Positions 51,816 through 64,000 of a stretch of DNA of 64,000 nucleotides are shown in pieces (positions within the stretch are counted from its first letter, which is position 1; every line of letters starts with the position of its first letter). The stretch covers positions 31,620,001 through 31,684,000 of the forward strand of contig CM114271.1 in assembly GCA_050084515.1 (NCBI GenBank), written 5' to 3'. The notes under the pieces were generated by a model that was given only the letters and a program-made list of their open reading frames with translations, made no database searches and was not told where the DNA came from. The stretch is from Blasia pusilla. Lineage: Eukaryota. The position numbers were made by a program, and so were the translations under genes.

Positions 51816-54380
51816 TCATACTACCACTGCTATTGGCCTTAATCCCGAATCTACATCGTCTATACCTAATACTTTTGCATTTGCTCTGATATATGCAATA
51901 AGAAACTCTAAGCTTTTGCGAACATAGGGATTCGGAGCTAATTCCCACTTTTGAATCCTTTCCAAATAAGTAACTCTCACGTTCGCTTGGGCATTCTTGA
52001 CAGAGAGGTTGTATGTCACATAGTTCAAATTCTTCACAATCATTCATAGGGCATAGATTTCAGTGGCCTTGCTAAAAGGGAGATTCTGAGGCCCTACTTT
52101 CAACTCCAGTGCTATATGACCTACATGGTTTTTTTGTTCCTACTGCCACCATGTATGAGGAGACACTAAGTGTCGTGCGCCTACTCTCCTTGAACGTTAA
52201 TCTTGTTGTTGCGGAAGTGTGCGTTCAGTAGGTCACACTCTCAACGTTGATCTACATCCAAACACACACTCTGGTTAGTCGGGTCTTGGATCAATCAGCA
52301 GGCTAACTTTCCGAGTTTTCGTCTCGGTCTCTCATCAAGCTCAACCTTCCTTGTTTCGCGGTTTACAATACGGGCAAGTCACTCGACTTTCTGGTCGGTT
52401 CAGGAACGTCAAACGGCGTTTCGCGCATGGCGGTTCCAACTATCCGATGGACATCCAATGATTCTTTAACAGATACTTGCACAAAGTGAATCTCAGGTTG
52501 GAATCCAAGTGTGGCTTACAAAGTTCACTCCCTTGGATCAGGTTGGATTTTGAGTTCCAACGCCAAACTCCCGTTCCATCCCGTGCCTCTGAGATGCCGT
52601 TTGGTGCTCAAAGTGGAGATTCATGGTCCAAGACATCTTGGAGAGACTCCTACCTTGCTAATACTTGTGGGGATCTCCAGGGTTCCCTACATTTAGGGAA
52701 AGACACCCGGGCCTCTCCAATTGGCCCTCAACCGACTGCTCTCATAGTCGTTTTCAGCCAATATCTCGGTCTTTACTTATGTGTTTGCTAAGATCTTTGG
52801 TGCGTTGGAAGCATCTCAAGATCAGCTTTCCAACGCGCTCTTATTTTTTCCAAATTCATATTGGGGCTAAACATTATGGTCCAAAACACAATCAAATTCC
52901 CCAAACGCTAGTCGTGTTCCAAAACTGGTTCTCACCTCTTTGGCAACCAACCTTCCAGGACTCAACTCATCTCAAGTCTTGGCTCACCTTTATTCTAGGT
53001 TTCCTAGTCGTGACCACTTATACATGAAACGCACAACTCTATTCCACGTTTCGTCTCTTGGACTTTTCCAAGAGACCTTTCCAAATGCCTCTCCAAAGCG
53101 CGAATATCGTAGCGTGAGTCCACTTGAGTTCTGATTTTTTGCTAGGCCCCTATTTGGTATTGTTTGGTTATGAGGGTCGCGACACTCACCCCTCCTTAGA
53201 AATTTGATGTCCTCATCAACGCAAACCTTTTTAATGTTAAGTTTTGGGAAGCTGACCCCTTAACACTAAATCGCGTTCTGGTAGCTAACCTGCAATTCCT
53301 CTTTTGGCTTAAGTGTTAGGTTGTCGCTATGTGTGTTCCAAAACTGGTTCTCATCTCTTTGGCAACCAACCTTCCAAGACTCAACTTATCTCAATTCTTG
53401 GCTCACATTTGGTCTAGGTTTCCTAGTCGCAACCACTAACGCATCAAACACACAACTCTGTTCCACGTTTCGTCTCTTGGACATTTCCAAGAGACCTTTC
53501 CAAATGCCTCTCCAAATTGCGAACATCACACTGTGAGTCCACTTGTGTACCGATGTTCCACTTGGCGCCTATTTGGTGTTGTTTGCTTATGAGGGTTGCA
53601 ACACTAAGACTTCATCAGTCCACATGGCATTCCCCCAATCTCCAACGCCGATGTATGGGCTAGAGTTGGATCGAAAATGGATGAATATGTTTCTAGCATG
53701 GAGGTCGGTATGAAAAACTCCACGCTTGTGGACACTCTCCATGGTTCCAAGAAAGGCAACCACAAGGTTGGTGACCTTTGATGCTATTGCAAGATATCTC
53801 ATCTTTTCCAACTCTCCTAGATTACCCCCGCCGTTCTTCAAGTTATGACATGCTCGCAACCAATATTCAAGGTGTCCACCATTCCAATATGGAAAAATGG
53901 CACGTGATGGATCCTTGATCAACCTTCCCACCATGCGAACAACACCACAATGTAAAATACTAGCAAACAACTCCTCTTGCATCATCAATTTTCTAGATCC
54001 TGATAGAGATGATTCCTTATACACCTTCATGCAATAATACATTTCTTCCCTAAAGCCACGGGTTCCGTTATTTTATAACGATACACGATTGTGTGTAAAT
54101 CGGTTCCCACAATATCGCTCGGGTCATGTCCTATTACTACATTCTTATGGCAAATCAAAGTTATTACACATGGAACGGTCAATGTCAACCCTAGAGAAGT
54201 ACTACGTCCCTTGAAAAGACTTTGAGCACTTCTTAACTCTATACAAAATCTTTCTAGGAGAGCCGACTCTGCAACATTCTGCTTCTCATCCTTATATGTC
54301 TTGAGATGGACATATGCTCTCTCCAGGTTAACATCTTATTGGGCAGAAAATTTAGTCAACCTATCAGCCTTCGCGGCATC
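51816..54380 (-). pseudogene. Protein kinase pseudogene, split by an LTR-element insertion
   Basis: CMKVY (subdomain II), HTDLHARN (VIb), GDWG (VII). Beyond the insertion: HIALE (APE-like), FSKATEIYAL*MIV (IX) and PNPYVR (XI). Confidence 0.8.
52171..53603 (-). mobile_element. Internally deleted family-2 LTR retroelement
   Basis: Complete LTR at 52171-53184; polypurine tract GGAGGGGTGAG on the minus strand (53185-53195); ~150 bp internal remnant; partial second LTR at ~53331-53603; perfect 5-bp TSD CTAAG (52166-52170 and 53604-53608). Confidence 0.92.
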
Positions 54381-54839
54381 CACAAGGGAGAGAAATGTAC
54401 GGGTTGAGATAAGAAAATATCAAAAAGAGAATGACGTGAGATGCTAAAACAATGGCTCGGAATGTACTAGCACCTGAATGATGGAAGTTTAGGGTTGGGC
54501 TCTCAAAGGGAATAGGGCATGTTTAGACAAGGTTTGTTGATCACCTCCATATCCCCGATGTGCTAAGGAGAACCAATGGAACAAGTCAAAACACTTGGGT
54601 CTATGAATCAGAAATCTCAAAATCACCAAACAAGTTTAGTGAAACAAGAGATTTCCACACTCACAAACACTCACCTAATGTGGAGTCAATTGGAGTTTAT
54701 TTTAGATACAACAAGGAGCGGAAATATCCAAGTTGGTCCCAAACAAAATCCAAGTACCCCCAAAAGGCACCCAAGGGATTTCTCCAAAATTCCTAGTAAC
54801 CTTGAAAGCCCTTAGCTCTCAAGGCACCATAAAATGCCT

Positions 54840-55080
54840 TACGGGGCCGTAGAGCCTGCATGTGGGCTAGGCCCGAAGCGTGACGCGACCCAATTTGTTT
54901 GCGACGCGGGTCCGATATAGAAACAGGGGACGGGCATGATGCCAACTGGCCAAGAAAGGGCGGATTGCTCGGTGTGCACGGGCCTGACTGCGGGCCGCGA
55001 GCAATGCGGGGGCATGGAGCCAGCACTCGGGCCCGTACTAACAAGTCCGTAGACACAAACTTTGTCCACGTGCAACCTTG
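54840..55080. mobile_element. Additional hAT right end with a GC-rich subterminal block
   Basis: Ends ACTTTGTCCACGTGCAACCTTG, the reverse complement of the CAAGGTTGCA terminus. Confidence 0.7.
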
Positions 55081-55217
55081 ATGCATGCGGGCTAGGGCGC
55101 AGGCTCGTTGCGGGGCTTGGAGCCTGCACGCGGGCTTTTTACGGGCCTTGGAGCCCGCTTGTAGGCTAGGGCGCGGGCCTCAAAGCCCGCGTGTAGGCGC
55201 GTCGCGGGCCATGTGAA

Positions 55218-56425
55218 TCCTCGATCAACCTTCCCACCATGCGAAAAACACCGCAATGTAAAACACTCTTCGCGCATCATCGATTTTCTAGATCTTGATA
55301 GAGAGGATTCCTTATACACCTTCATGCAATAATGCATTTCTTCCCTAAAGCCATGGGTTCCATTTATTTTACAACGGTACATAATTTCGTGTAAACCGGT
55401 TCCCATGATATCGCTCGGGTCGTGTCCTACTACTACATTCTTATCAAAATCAATGTTATTGCATATGGAATGGTCAATGTCACCCCCAGAGAAGTACTAA
55501 GTCCCTTGAAAAGACGTTGAGCACTTCTTAACTCTACAAAAAATCTTTCTAGGAGAGCCGACTCTACAACATTCTGCTTCTCATCCTTAAAAGTCTTGAG
55601 ATCGACATACACTCTCTCTAGGTTAACACCTTGTTGGGCACAAAATTTAGTTAATCTATCAGCCTCTGCGACATCCACTTACCAGTCAAATGCCTTTGCC
55701 TCTCTATTGGAAAATCTCTGAAATTCCAAGGTGTAGTCATGAAAACCATCCATACCCCTCAAAATGTAGGATCATCTCTTATCTAAAGAAATCTGGAAAA
55801 ACTAGTCTAACCATGCCTCTCTTACAGCCATGTTGAAATCATTCCTCGAATTTGCTCTTTGCCTCTTGGCACCAACATTGGACTCATTTCAGTTCTCTCC
55901 CGCTCTGGATGACCCAGCCCCACTAGACATTTCCCTCATATGAAGAAGATACTAAAATCTTTTAAAAATATAAGGGAAGTAAATGTACGGGTTGAGATAA
56001 GTAAATACCGAAAAGATAATGATGCAAGATGCTAAAAAAAGGCTCAGAATGTATGGGCAGATGAATGATGGAACGTCAGTCTAAGTTTAGGGTTGGGCAC
56101 TCAAAGGGAATAGGTAGATATGGGCGTGTTTAGATATGGTTCACATCCCCGATGTGCTAAGGAGAACCAATGAAACATATCAAAACACTCGGGTCTATGA
56201 ATCGGAAATCTCAAAATCACCAAACAAGTTTAGTGAAAAAAGAGATTTCCACACTCACAAAGACTCACCTAATGTGGAGTCAACTGGAGTTTCTTTAGGA
56301 AGCAACAAGGAGCGCAAATATCCAAGTTGGTCCCAAATAAAATCCAAGTATCCCCAAAAGGCACCCAAGGGATTTCTCCAAAATTCCTAGTAACCTTGAA
56401 ATCCCTTAGCTCTCAAGGCACCATA
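55218..56425 (-). pseudogene. Second, diverged copy of the kinase 5' half and upstream region
   Basis: Direct duplicate of ~53912-54832, with an extra ~295 bp (55678-55972) that is missing from the first copy. Encodes MGTGLHEIMYRC...CMKVYKE. Confidence 0.85.
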
Positions 56426-57299
56426 GAAATTTGGAGCCTAATCCAAAATGTCACCAAAAAACTGATAAAACATGAAAAAATAGAGATAATTAGGTAAATT
56501 AGCGCTTAATTCCCTTTCATATATGCATTTTGGGGGCCCCTTGTGGGCCTGTCCCTTATGGATTTTACCCAAAAGGGGAAGGGAGGGGGAAGGGGAGGGG
56601 AGAGGGTGGGGCCAAGTTCAAACGTGGCCCCAGCCACTCCCAGGACGCTACGTGTCCTCGCGGGGTTTGCCGGACGCGGGCTCCATGTAGGCGCCACGTG
56701 AGTGCCACCGATTGGGCCATTAACGGCGGGACCAACGGCAAGCTATGGAGGGGGCAACGATTGGAAAGCTACGGAGGGGGCAACGATCGGCAAGCTACGG
56801 CGGGCGGCGCCACGTGGCGCATCGCAATCGGGGGGGCGGGCTCGCAGGCCCGATCGCAGTCGGGGGTGTGGGGGGGGGGCTCACAGGCCACGAAGCCCGT
56901 GTGCGGGCTAGGGCCCGAGGCGATGTATCAGAGGGCGCGACGCTGGCGCGACCGAAAAATGGGCACCAGGCAACGATGGAATTCTCAGTATGCGCAGGCA
57001 CAGGTGCGGGTCGTGGGCAACGCGGGCTCATGGAGCCCGCATCCGGGCCCGAACGAACCTGTCCATCCTTGGGACGGACATATGTCTGCGGACATGGACT
57101 TTGTCCGCGTACAACCTTGATGTTTGTAGGTACGGACTTTGTCCGCATGCCACCTTGAATATGTCATGTTTTGTTCTCTATAATATACACATAGGAGAAT
57201 ATAAATTAAACCCTTTGCATCTATAGGCACCCCTCCCCACATACACAATTTGATATATCTAGTACAGAAGGATGAGCATGGATGAGAAAGTCCAAGGCG

Positions 57300-57871
57300 T
57301 AAGAGTAAAGTTAGGATAGATTGACGAGTTTATAGTGGAGCACCTTTGAGGATATTGGAGGATAGCCTCAAGAGGTTGAGGATGACCTGCTCAAATCTTT
57401 GATAACCTGAAAGAGTAGGTTTCTTTTTTGTTTCGGCTCATGGAGTTATATAGAGAAATTAATTATTTTTGGCAAGGTACCATTTTGAGTAGAATTGAGT
57501 TATTTCCATTGGAAAATAGTAGTGAAGAGCCATGGAAGTGACCTGCAAGCATAGGTTACCAAGGATAGAGCTTTGGAGAGGCAAGGGGGTATGTCCAAGG
57601 AGAGAGAATTTTGGAGCTGATTCTTTCTTTGTTGAACCTCTTGGCATGAGGCGGCAAAGCTATGGTCCTCCTTGCCTTGTGAGTAATCCAAGCCTCTGAT
57701 TAAGAGAGTCGGTTTGGTTTGACTTGAGAGACACCTTGATTTATTGGAGATATTTTGATACTTGATCGTCTCAATGTTTAGATGCCACGAGTTAGTATGG
57801 TATCTTCTGTATTTTTGTTTGTATTCAATGACAGTGATGTATGTTGTATAACGATGTGTATGCGCACGACA
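57300..57871 (+). mobile_element. Solo A+B terminal repeat of the gypsy family
   Basis: Colinear with 47398-48026, including the TTATTGGAGATATTTTG junction. Ends GTATGCGCACGACA. Confidence 0.8.
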
Positions 57872-59896
57872 CCCCGCTCCGATGAGTGGTTGCCTTCGGT
57901 TATATGTAAATTTTATTCTCAATTTATTTCATTTGGTATTTGCCATCTTTGCATGTATGTCTCTATTTCTTGTTAGGGTAGGCATTAACTTAGTTTGTTT
58001 GTTTATACCCATTGGTGATTAAACCATTTTCCATTGGTGAGAAGTGATATGGTTTGTTATTCCTCCTTGGTATTCAAAATATTCCTCCTTGTAACCTTAA
58101 ATGCTACAAATCTAATCCTTTTGTTATCCTTAAAAGACCACATACTAGTTATGGAGGATATGTCTCTAGAGCTTAGCATACACAAATTTAAACTAACTTA
58201 GATGATAATCACACAAGCATATTTCCATTTAAGTAGTTTTTACCTAGAAAAATCTAACTTGAAAGCCTTTTCTTTGAAAAAAAATCTTATTATATGCCAT
58301 CATTCTAGAAATATTTTTTTGAATTAATTAATTTTCTGAATATAACTCAAAAAAATATTTCCCTCCCAACAAAACTTGAAAATTCATCGACTTTCTAAAT
58401 TTTTTAAGTTGCTATTTTTACAATATGGGAAAAAAAGGAATAAAAGGGCAACTTGGAAAATTCTTGAAAAATGTGTGAAAAACTTAATAACTAAATATGT
58501 CCCTTGTCCTTTTCCATTTCCACTTAGCTCTATGGGTGGTTTCTCTAAAATCCCCAAAAAGGAAAATTTATGATATCTTTTTTGGAAATTTTGAATTTCA
58601 CTTTTCATTTGACTTTATTACAATTCATAAATGGAGATAAGAAGAAGGTTTATCATAATATTTTGGGGAAAATACATTCGGTATTTAATTTTCAAGAATT
58701 TTTTGTTAATGAGAAAACAAGATAAATCATGGAGCAAGAAAAACTAGATATTATCCTAACTAAGTCTTTTATTACACAAAAAACCTCTTGTTGACAAGTT
58801 CACCTAACTATGTCTCAAGGTGACTTTTGTTTACTGGGGGATGTGGTATTTGTTGATCCTATATGTTATGGCTTCGTGGGTTGTCTTATATTTACTAAAG
58901 GTTCTATGGTTAATGCAAAAGCAAGAATCAAGGAGTTAAGTTATATGGTTATATGGCTTTGTCCCTTTTGTATTGGAAGTTTTTGGGAACTTACATTTGT
59001 CTTTTGATACTTTCTTGGAAACACGTGCTCATCATGCCTTCGAGGAGTGAGTTTCACCAAGTTGCCCCTTCTTGTAGTCCTTTTTTTTGCAGTCACTACA
59101 ATAACTTATTATTGATAATGTTTTTTGGTGGTTCTCCAAGGTGGACAAGCATTGAAGTTCATACATTATTCATCTTGTTGTCCATTCATATTTGGGCAAC
59201 CACAAATGTTTGTGACAAATTTAAGGAATTAATTGCATATATTTTTTGAGTTATTTTTAATAGAGACTAAGTTATTGTCATTTTCTCATTGCATTCTTTT
59301 TTTGCATTACTTGCATCTTTTGGATTCTAGTGATTTTCCTTGTTCTTTTAAGAGGTTTATTTCTTAATAAAATGATTTTTCAATATAATTTGTTTTTTGA
59401 ATTTTATAATATACTTTTCACTTAAATTAGGTATCTTACTGGGTATATTATGTAATTGCACTTAAATTAGATATCTTAATAGTATTATGTACTATTCACG
59501 CTATCGCTATCCTCATTCATTTACTGGGCAATAGAGGTAGTATCGATAGCCTTTATTTTTTTTTGCAATAAATGTTGTTTGCTTTTCAAGTCCCGAAAGG
59601 GTTAGAAGAAAAATTACCCCATAAAGTGGAACTATATCATATTCAAAACGTGGTGGATATTATGGTAAATTTACTATGTGGATGACTAGTCTCCAGATGG
59701 TCAGGGATTTGAAACTAGGCATGGAAAGATTGAGGTGATGCCATTTCCATGTGGAATGGTTCCACATTTTCACAAAATTTGGGACTTCCCATGGTAAACA
59801 TTAGCATCCTAAACAACACTGAATGTTGTCGGTACTAGGGATATCGCAGTCCCAATTGTGTCCACCCTCATTTGTCTCCACTTAGACTTAGTTTCC

Positions 59897-60144
59897 TTCT
59901 CCATTTCATTTCCTTTTCCCGTATATCGCATGGAATAATTTAAATCAATTAAATCAATAATCATGGGATAATTCAGTGATTTATGATTTAATTGACCCCA
60001 AGAATTTTAATTGATTTTTAAATCAATTCTCCATTTAATTTCCTTTTCCTATGTATCGCATGGAATAATTTAAATCAATTAAATCATTAATCATGGGATA
60101 ATTCAGTGATTTATGATTTAATTGACCCCAAGAATTTTAATTGA
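59897..60144. repeat. 130-bp tandem duplication with internal inverted repeats
   Basis: Near-identical copies start at ~59897 and ~60027. Each contains TCAATTAAATCA ... TGATTTAATTGA. Confidence 0.85.
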
Positions 60145-61687
60145 GTTTTGAAACAATTTGAATCAAATATAAAATCTGAAGCTAGTGATCAAAAGGGGTG
60201 CTATTCATTATAATATAAATTTTGTATATATTATAAATTATAAGCTAAAAGCATTAGATCGCTATCCTCATTCTAAACGAGTGTACGTGTGTTGTGAGAT
60301 CAGATCGGGACGGTCCCTTCTGCATGGTGGCCTCAGCCTGTGTTATAACTTCCAATGACTTACCAAACGTTGGTGGGATGCGTGACCAGTACACATAGAT
60401 TTGATTACCTCGTACTAGTGTAACACACTGAAAACATGATTATAGGTCCGGTGCTCTGCAAGGACCAATAATCATGCTGTAAGAAGAAGAAGAAAATTCT
60501 GTCTCCACTACGAAAACCTTCGCTTGTGTGTTTTTTGAGAGGTTTGCATATAAAAACTACAAAACACTCTCACTAGAATGGATTTATTTATACATGAGTG
60601 TTCCATATGCCATCCTAGCGATGATTCAGAAGTGATGATGGGGGAGAGGGTGTGGAGTTTGATCGAGACTCTACTACGTTCTAAGGAAGTGCCAAAGACA
60701 ATGCAAGAATGCTGCAGGTCCTCCGCGAATCAGAAGTAACCTTTAACCTTGTAGTTAATGGGCTCATGATTTGATGAAGACCCGGAGAAAAGCTTAGAAA
60801 GGCTGCAATTGACAAGGCACGTGCACGTGGAGTGGTCCAGCAATTTTGGTGCCGTGACATATATACTGTGATGCCGTGACATATATGATCGGATGAGTAC
60901 GAGAGTAATGGTGTTTCAAGTGCCGACTTTCACGAGTGTGCATCGAATACGGAAGAGTCTACGTTATTCCAAGGTGAAGCCTCCGTCCAGAAACATGCTC
61001 CATGAGGGCGATTTATTTCGTATAATGTTAAGCACGCGTCTGTCCCCAGACAGCGTAGATCGGTGGACAACTGCATGTTCTGCTGACTCTATGTGGCATC
61101 CATGGTGGTGCTGGGGCTTACGTATACACTTTCATACCCAGCCGCAAGCTTGATTAGTAAAGTTTTCGGTCATCATGATATATAAATCACTAGCCGAAGA
61201 TCCGGAACTGCCCACCGGTTTACAGAACGGATGGATCACTTCGATCATAGAATCAAATTGCAGTATGTCACTCGTCCCAGAAGTATAAAAGCCCGTGAAT
61301 TTATGCACCTTCCACTCGATCTCACTATTGCACACCATAGAGCATTTCTATCGCGCGTGTATGTATGTTGACCACACAGTTTTATTCATGACGTATAGTT
61401 TAGCAAGAAATCGAGTACCGATCTCTATTACATGTTGATCGTCGGAGTCTAGCTGCGCGTACGCATAAACTGATAGTCGGTGTACGTGAGCGCTAGCACC
61501 CAGTAGTTTGAATGTGAGAAGTCCGACGGAAAATTTATTGTCAAGTTTTCCTAGAGTGAGTACTTATATTAGCTGAACATTCGTTACTCCAGGAGGACTA
61601 TTACGGACTTCTCCTGCTATCTAGCTCAGACTCAGAAACAGCAACTTACGGCGAGCTACACACTCGGCAAAGGTGTCATTAATCATA

Positions 61688-61942
61688 ATGGGGAGGTCCT
61701 TTATTTTCGCTGTGTTATTGTTGCTCCTCACTACTTTCGAGGCTTCAATAAATTCACAATCTGTAGACGTAGACTCTGGAGTAGCCTCTTCTACTAGTAC
61801 TGATGGTGCTGGTACGGTGACGGGAGAAATTTCCAACTTTGAGGGAGAGACGTATCGTGAAGAAGATGAATTAGCCGCGTCAACGGAGTACAACGTGTTG
61901 GATTATGGGGCGGTGGGGGATGGCTCGACGGATGACTCTCAG
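61688..61942 (+). CDS. Polygalacturonase (GH28), exon 1
   Basis: Signal peptide MGRSFIFAVLLLLL; acidic pro-segment; YNVLDYGAVGDGSTDDSQ; phase-0 GT donor at 61943. Confidence 0.88.
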
Positions 61943-63048
61943 GTATGCGGGCATGAATTGTGAGCTCCAGCTGGAATTGTGTGTGTGCGCCTGTGGACGT
62001 GCATGGATGACCACCTGCAAACCTCATAACGTTTGATTTTGGTGAATTTTGACTCAAGGCTTGCTAGCGACGGCTTCGAATGGATCGAAGACATGAAATT
62101 CAAACGTCCAGCTCAAATATGGAACCCTTGTTATGAACATGTAACATATATCTGTGGATATGCTTCTGTGATTGGTTGTTGGGTATCCCAACTTACAACG
62201 ACCCAGCGACTTGCCATGGACTAATTCGATTTGGACCTGGGCAGAATTCGTTAACATCACAGACTTGTAAACATCTAACAGTGCCCATCGCGAAATGACA
62301 TGACAAGCCAACGTAGTTAAATAAGAAGTGCCTATATATAGTCGGTTCAGTCGGGTTTATTCGGTGACTCGAATCGTCTATGGTGCGAAATTTTTATTTT
62401 TATTTTTGTATTCTCGAATGGTTCGAAATAGATATAATGTCACAATCGAATCGAGTTAATATGTTTCGTTGTACCTGTCAGATTATTCCAGTCCATCGTC
62501 CTGATTCCAAAACAAAAAAATACCCGTACGATCGCTAATCAGTATTAAGTAACCTCTCGTTCTTTAGGTATGTGCTTGATTAAGATCTGATACAACTACG
62601 TAGGCTTGCGGTGCGTTGATCCCTACCACTGGCACGACTATAGTTTGTTAAGGGGATCAAACGCTTCTGACCTTCATTCAATAGGCAAGTCTTCAAACAC
62701 ACGCAGGCTGAACTCCAAGACTTTCGATTCTACTTCAGTCCTGGATCGATTTGTAGCAGGAAAAGTTATCTGACCTGCAATTCACTCCTAGGTTTTCCTA
62801 TCCTACGCAGATTTTCTCCGATCGTTTCTTCGATAATTCGATTTTACACTTAACAATTGTAAATTGTAGTTGTAGATTCGACCAACCTTGGATCCACCAG
62901 ATCTCTGTCATTTGATTTCGTCTAGCATATCACGTTAGCGCTGGATGAATTATGATAACCTGGTACACGTACAAGTAGCGTTACTTTTGATTACTTTCAT
63001 GGCGTTTCAGCGTACTAATATATTTTCTTGTTTACTGTTTTGGAGCAG

Positions 63049-63177
63049 GCATTTTTGGAGGCTTGGACTGCTGCATGTGCTACAGCGGCCGCTTATGTGC
63101 ATGCACCGTCAGATTATACCTTCAAAGTGTACCCAGTAACCTTCAAAGGTCCTTGCTTGGCGAACATCACTATGAAG
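63049..63177 (+). CDS. Polygalacturonase (GH28), exon 2; gene continues beyond the window
   Basis: CAG acceptor; AFLEAWTAAC...VTFKGPCLANITMK (cf. AFxxAWxxAC...FxGPC of plant PGs); 129 bp; GT donor at 63178. Confidence 0.88.
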
Positions 63178-64000
63178 GTAATAGCCATCATCTCATAATA
63201 CACTGCTTGCATTTGGCCTTACCTTCTCTTCGACTCAATTTTGAAACCAGATGCGCAAGCCGTCTCAATCAAAGCTGAAATCTCTTGTGTCTAGAGCTCG
63301 ACTGACGCGTGAGAGATGCTGTTGTCGTACGTAGTCCAATCTCTTAACCAGTGTCGGGTTCCCGTGGCTATTCCCTGTTTTCTTCAGTTTCTGCACCACT
63401 CTTCACCATCCAGGTGGGAGGGCGTCCCCGTTGCAGCGGCCACTGGTTCCTGAAGTATACATGTTAGTTTGCTGTCAGTTCACGCTCAAGTTGACACGTA
63501 CAACCGCAAGTATTGTGTGGGTAGTCATCAGCCAATCATTGGAAACTACAATCTTTGAAATAGGGACTGTCACACTACGGTTCCGTTCATATATGTGCTG
63601 TGAATTAGAATTCATGCATGTATCCTCTAGAAAGGTGACAGAGTTGTAGTCGCCAATACGTTCGCGAATATTGCAATGGGCAGTTAGGGTCTGTGTATCA
63701 GTACTCATCGTACTTCCGTGCGTTTGATTCTTCTCTCGAAAAACCTCATGCCAACCTCGGCCAACCAAGCATGTGGAAGCTTATATCCTAGTTCATGGGC
63801 AGTTTATTAAATATTAATTATGTCTGATTGCAATGGATGTAGATAATTCATTCTATGGTATCATCTTGACACTGCAAAGTACTTGGTCTTGTTTAGTGTA
63901 TGATCCTATGAGCTTATATTATGTGCAGTACGGCGATCGTTCAGGGGATCTTGGACGGTCATGGATATGAGATACTGAATGAAGAATCTGTCCATTTGTT

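Larger units (their letters stand above)
23173..57119 (+). mobile_element. Putative giant hAT transposon (~34 kb including nested insertions)
   Basis: Left end CATGGTTGCACAAAAATGG and right end GTCCGCGTACAACCTTG are the same end pair seen on the TSD-validated MITE at 14299-14624. GC-rich subterminal blocks at both ends. Flanks ATGTCCGC / ATGTTTGT differ only by C/T changes. The flanking MITE sequence resumes at 57120-57157. Confidence 0.55.

Noticed and set aside
22896-57165. TSD for the outer MITE (CATGCATC vs AATATGTC)
   Set aside because: Only 4 of 8 bases match, so it was not used as evidence.
60818-60890. Tandem CACGTG boxes and a short TGCCGTGACATATAT duplication upstream of the polygalacturonase
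   Set aside because: Short motifs occur by chance, and there is no conservation or expression evidence here.

Overview
Eukaryotic land-plant genomic DNA, probably from a non-seed plant such as a bryophyte (an inference from gene style and repeat content, not proven). Two host genes flank a ~45 kb nest of transposable elements: an intact two-exon LRR-XI receptor kinase with RGI-type RxGG/RxR motifs (6705-10682) and the first two exons of a GH28 polygalacturonase (from 61688). The most striking element is a decayed Ty3/gypsy retrotransposon (36398-48026). Its pol carries a DNMT3-like cytosine-5 methyltransferase between protease and RT, plus a C-terminal PHD finger, and its terminal repeats are arranged in an unusual split pattern (A'B'-A...internal...B-A-B). 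It sits in a 180-bp tandem array, which in turn appears to lie inside a very large hAT DNA transposon (~23173-57119). That hAT carries its transposase plus decayed protein-kinase and RING-finger cargo genes. The window also holds copia remnants, hAT MITEs with TSDs, an Ac-like element, CACTA and Helitron remnants, and solo LTRs. All calls come from reading motifs by eye; no database searches were run.
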